Shown piece by piece: positions 15,998 through 18,492 of a stretch of 18,492 bases of DNA. This stretch comes from a bacterium. Its GTDB lineage: Bacteria; Zhuqueibacterota; Zhuqueibacteria; Oceanimicrobiales; Oceanimicrobiaceae. The stretch covers positions 1 to 18,492 of the forward strand of contig JBHHXN010000104.1 of NCBI GenBank assembly GCA_046757025.1, given 5' to 3'. The notes under the pieces were generated by a model. The model made no database searches, was not told the DNA's origin, and saw only the letters and a list, made by a program, of their open reading frames with translations. Every line of letters starts with the position of its first letter. Position 1 is the first letter of the stretch. Both the position numbers and the translations under genes were made by a program.

Positions 15998-17231
15998 TGG
16001 TCACAGCTTGCCTGGGGGCGCTGATTCTGAGAAATGATTGCGGGTCGTTTGCCAGAAGAAATTTTAAAGAGGTTGGTACTCCGCTGATTTTGAGCGGCGG
16101 AATGTTCAGTCGAAAAATCAATTTATCTCTCTGAACAGGTGATTTGATTTGTTTATAAAGCGTGAAAATACCGCGCAAATATTCGATCTGATTGGGTTTT
16201 AAAATGCCCTGTTTGATCAAAGCTTTGTGCACTTGAAATTGGTGCAACAGTTCATTCTCCAAAAGCGGGCTGTAATAGACCCGCTGCCCATTCATGGAAT
16301 TTCGATATTTTCGCATGCGTTTTATCTTTTTGTAAATATTTACCATTTTTTCTTCATCAAAGTCAAAACTGACTGACTCGCCATTTTTGATGGTGCTGTA
16401 CACGGCTTCCAACAGTTCTTTCTGGGCCACGACTTTGGGATTCTGGTGTTCATCCAGGGAGTTGAGAATCAGTCGTGCTTTGTTTAAATAGGCTTCGGCC
16501 ACTTCTTCATCGTTTAACAGTTTCAACGCCGACGCAATGTAGAGAAAATACCAGGGATTGAGATAAAGATTGGTTCTATTTTTTTTAAAATCTATTTTAT
16601 GTTCGACCAAATTCAGGATATTGACGTGCGAATAGTCCGTTTCTTTTCCCTGAATCGCTTCAATTTTAATGGCTCCCTGCAAATTGGTGATAGCTTTTCT
16701 CAGCAAAAAAGTATAATGAAGCAATCTGCCATTGATGAGAAAACCCGCTTTTGAATATTGCGCCAGACCAGCGAGATCCAGATAAACCAGGCCTAACTTT
16801 TCGTACAACGCCAAACAGTGCGGCTCTCTTTTGATGAGAAGCTCCACCAACAGCAGGAATTTGCATAAATAATAAATCGACCGCTTCAATTGAAAGGAAG
16901 ACAATATACCTTCTGAGGGCATGACGTCGCTGTTTCGCAGGCTCCAAAGAAAAAAGTAAAGGTTTTCTGGAATATTTTTAAGAAGCACGGCCAGATTTTT
17001 ATGCAAAGCCGGATCTGCCGTATTCACGTGTATGTTTTTAATCAGAGAAACGACTTCTTTCGAAGATAACTCTTTTAGCAAAATTCGGGTAATTAAAGTG
17101 ACTGGGACATTTTCTTCTGATTTTATGTCACATTGAGTTCGAATTAAATCATCCAGGCTTTGCATTTCATTCAAACCCACGATTCCCTGGATAGCTAAAC
17201 GAGAACTGAATGTACGATGATATCCGTTCAA
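15993..17231 (-). CDS. Hypothetical alpha-helical protein with TPR-like segments
   Basis: 412-aa ORF with a TTG start after AAGGGGTGG. LYEKLGLVYLDLAG and YIASALKLLNDEEVAEAYLNKA look TPR-like. No family recognised. Confidence 0.75.
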   Translation of the reverse strand: MNGYHRTFSSRLAIQGIVGLNEMQSLDDLIRTQCDIKSEENVPVTLITRILLKELSSKEVVSLIKNIHVNTADPALHKNLAVLLKNIPENLYFFLWSLRNSDVMPSEGILSSFQLKRSIYYLCKFLLLVELLIKREPHCLALYEKLGLVYLDLAGLAQYSKAGFLINGRLLHYTFLLRKAITNLQGAIKIEAIQGKETDYSHVNILNLVEHKIDFKKNRTNLYLNPWYFLYIASALKLLNDEEVAEAYLNKARLILNSLDEHQNPKVVAQKELLEAVYSTIKNGESVSFDFDEEKMVNIYKKIKRMRKYRNSMNGQRVYYSPLLENELLHQFQVHKALIKQGILKPNQIEYLRGIFTLYKQIKSPVQRDKLIFRLNIPPLKISGVPTSLKFLLANDPQSFLRISAPRQAVTN

Positions 17232-17436
17232 GGTACACCACCCCTTTTATGAAAATGAATAAAAAATTAATGAAATGTATTAGGGTAAATGGAGACCTTC
17301 GGTATTCGGAATTTAAAACTCAAATTGTAGAGCGATCACATCCGCTGATTCGGTGGGACGGGTGAAATCATCACAAGCCGTTACATCCATCGTCTGTGCA
17401 ATGATTCATGGATTCAATTGTGTCAACAACCCCAAT

Positions 17437-17457
17437 TTAAATTTGCAGGTGCTCCAT
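17437..17457 (-). CDS. Putative 6-codon leader ORF (MEHLQI)
   Basis: AAAGGAGAGGTG directly followed by ATG GAG CAC CTG CAA ATT TAA, ~15 nt downstream of the predicted sigma-54 start site; an in-frame GTG lies at 17460. Confidence 0.4.
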   Translation of the reverse strand: MEHLQI

Positions 17458-17483
17458 CACCTCTCCTTTCCCTGCAGGTCGCT

Positions 17484-17499
17484 TGCAAAATATGTGCCA
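17484..17499 (-). promoter_or_regulatory. Sigma-54 (RpoN) -24/-12 promoter
   Basis: Minus strand TGGCAC-ATATT-TTGCA is an exact consensus match with correct GG/GC spacing. It is intergenic and oriented toward the 412-aa gene. Confidence 0.8.
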
Positions 17500-17914
17500 T
17501 GTAAAAATCACAAGAAGTGTTTACTTTTTATACAGTAAAAAAGGCAGCCTAAGTATCAACTTTTATTTCACCTATCGCTTTATCGATTTGAAATGATGTG
17601 ACATTGCAACAAAAATAAATAATCGTTAAACTGTATAAATAATACATTAATTTTTGGCTAAAATTCGCACAATTCTGTAGTCAGATGTTTATACTGCTGA
17701 TTTTACGTAAGTTACTTCTACCAGCACACTGGTTCGATTCTGTGTAGTAATTACATAGCACCAAAACATATCCGAAACATTCCGGAAAAGTTTAAGCTTT
17801 AAAAAATCGTTGCGTACTTTTTACCCATTTTAACTGGTTAAAATTCGAGTTGTGGCACGTTGTTTCAGAGGAGACATTACACAGCCCTATTATCCTGAAA
17901 CGAATTGCGACGCC

Positions 17915-18412
17915 TTAAAAATCCTCGTCGGCGGTGGGGCCGTAAATTTGCGGCAGCGCCACGCCGTTAAGGCGGAGATATACCGAAAGCTGCCCACGAT
18001 GATGAATCAGGTGATTGAGCAGCCAGGTGCGAATGACGGCAAAACGCGGCATTTCCACTAACACCGTGTCCTGCTTTTTTAACTTCCAGGCCGCAAGCAA
18101 GTGTTCATCAGAAACATCCTGCAATACCGCTACTGCCGCAGCTACTGATTTATCAAATTTATCCAGAACTTCTGAAATGTTTTTCGCCTCCACCGGTTTG
18201 TAGCTTCCTTTGTCCAGATCAATTTCGTCTTGATTGATCAAACTGTCAGCCCAGCCAGGTATTTCGGCGAGGTGCCAGGCCAGACGTCCCAGCGTCATGG
18301 ATTTCTCGTGCGGTCGATATGGCAATTTATCTTCGGGAAGGACTTCGAGCATTTTACGGGTGCTTTTGGCTTCCTGCTCCAGCTCTGCTAAAATCGGTTC
18401 GATCATTTTCAT
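17915..18412 (-). CDS. DinB-family protein
   Basis: KSMTLGRLAWHLAEIP and NHLIHHRGQLSVYLRL...IYGPTAD; SD AAGGA. This is the four-helix DinB/YfiT type, not DNA polymerase IV. Confidence 0.92.
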   Translation of the reverse strand: MKMIEPILAELEQEAKSTRKMLEVLPEDKLPYRPHEKSMTLGRLAWHLAEIPGWADSLINQDEIDLDKGSYKPVEAKNISEVLDKFDKSVAAAVAVLQDVSDEHLLAAWKLKKQDTVLVEMPRFAVIRTWLLNHLIHHRGQLSVYLRLNGVALPQIYGPTADEDF

Positions 18413-18492
18413 ATTTTTATTTCCTTAATTGGTTTTGTCTGAATAAAAGACATTTTAAACACAAATTCAACCTTTCATTTTTTATATTTAGT

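Noticed and set aside
17853..17868. TGGCAC-GTTGT-TTCAG on the + strand; similar TGGCAC hits near 1224, 9762 and 15776
   Set aside because: All lack the -12 TTGC element and have no suitably placed downstream gene.
6962..18412. YcaQ plus two DinB-superfamily genes as a DNA-damage or defence island
   Set aside because: The genes are scattered among housekeeping genes, DinB/YfiT proteins are not repair polymerases, and I saw no shared operator.

Overview
Bacterial chromosomal window, with no CRISPR array, rRNA or tRNA visible. Coding content from left to right: a window-truncated secreted parallel beta-helix protein (minus strand, absent from the ORF track); a ~1 kb non-coding stretch; a cytoplasmic molybdopterin oxidoreductase; a small membrane-protein gene with an in-frame TGA; a DUF1330 protein; a secreted protein with a DxDxDG loop and Lys-rich tail; and a YcaQ-type DNA glycosylase. 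A long minus-strand run follows: trypsin-like lipoprotein, DUF309, trpS, 2x[4Fe-4S] ferredoxin, YtxH-like protein, DUF1572/DinB, CoA-binding protein, two exported hypotheticals, a helical 412-aa protein and a second DinB. The most interesting signals are non-coding. (1) A multi-hairpin element at 1553-1699 looks like the leader RNA of an IS110-family element, but its transposase is absent or decayed. (2) A dense ATGAC/GTCAT palindromic array lies just upstream of it. (3) The in-frame TGA at 4350 is followed by an fdhF-SECIS-like hairpin. (4) A perfect sigma-54 promoter drives a GGA-rich leader containing a 6-codon ORF. Family assignments come from motif recognition by eye; no searches were run.
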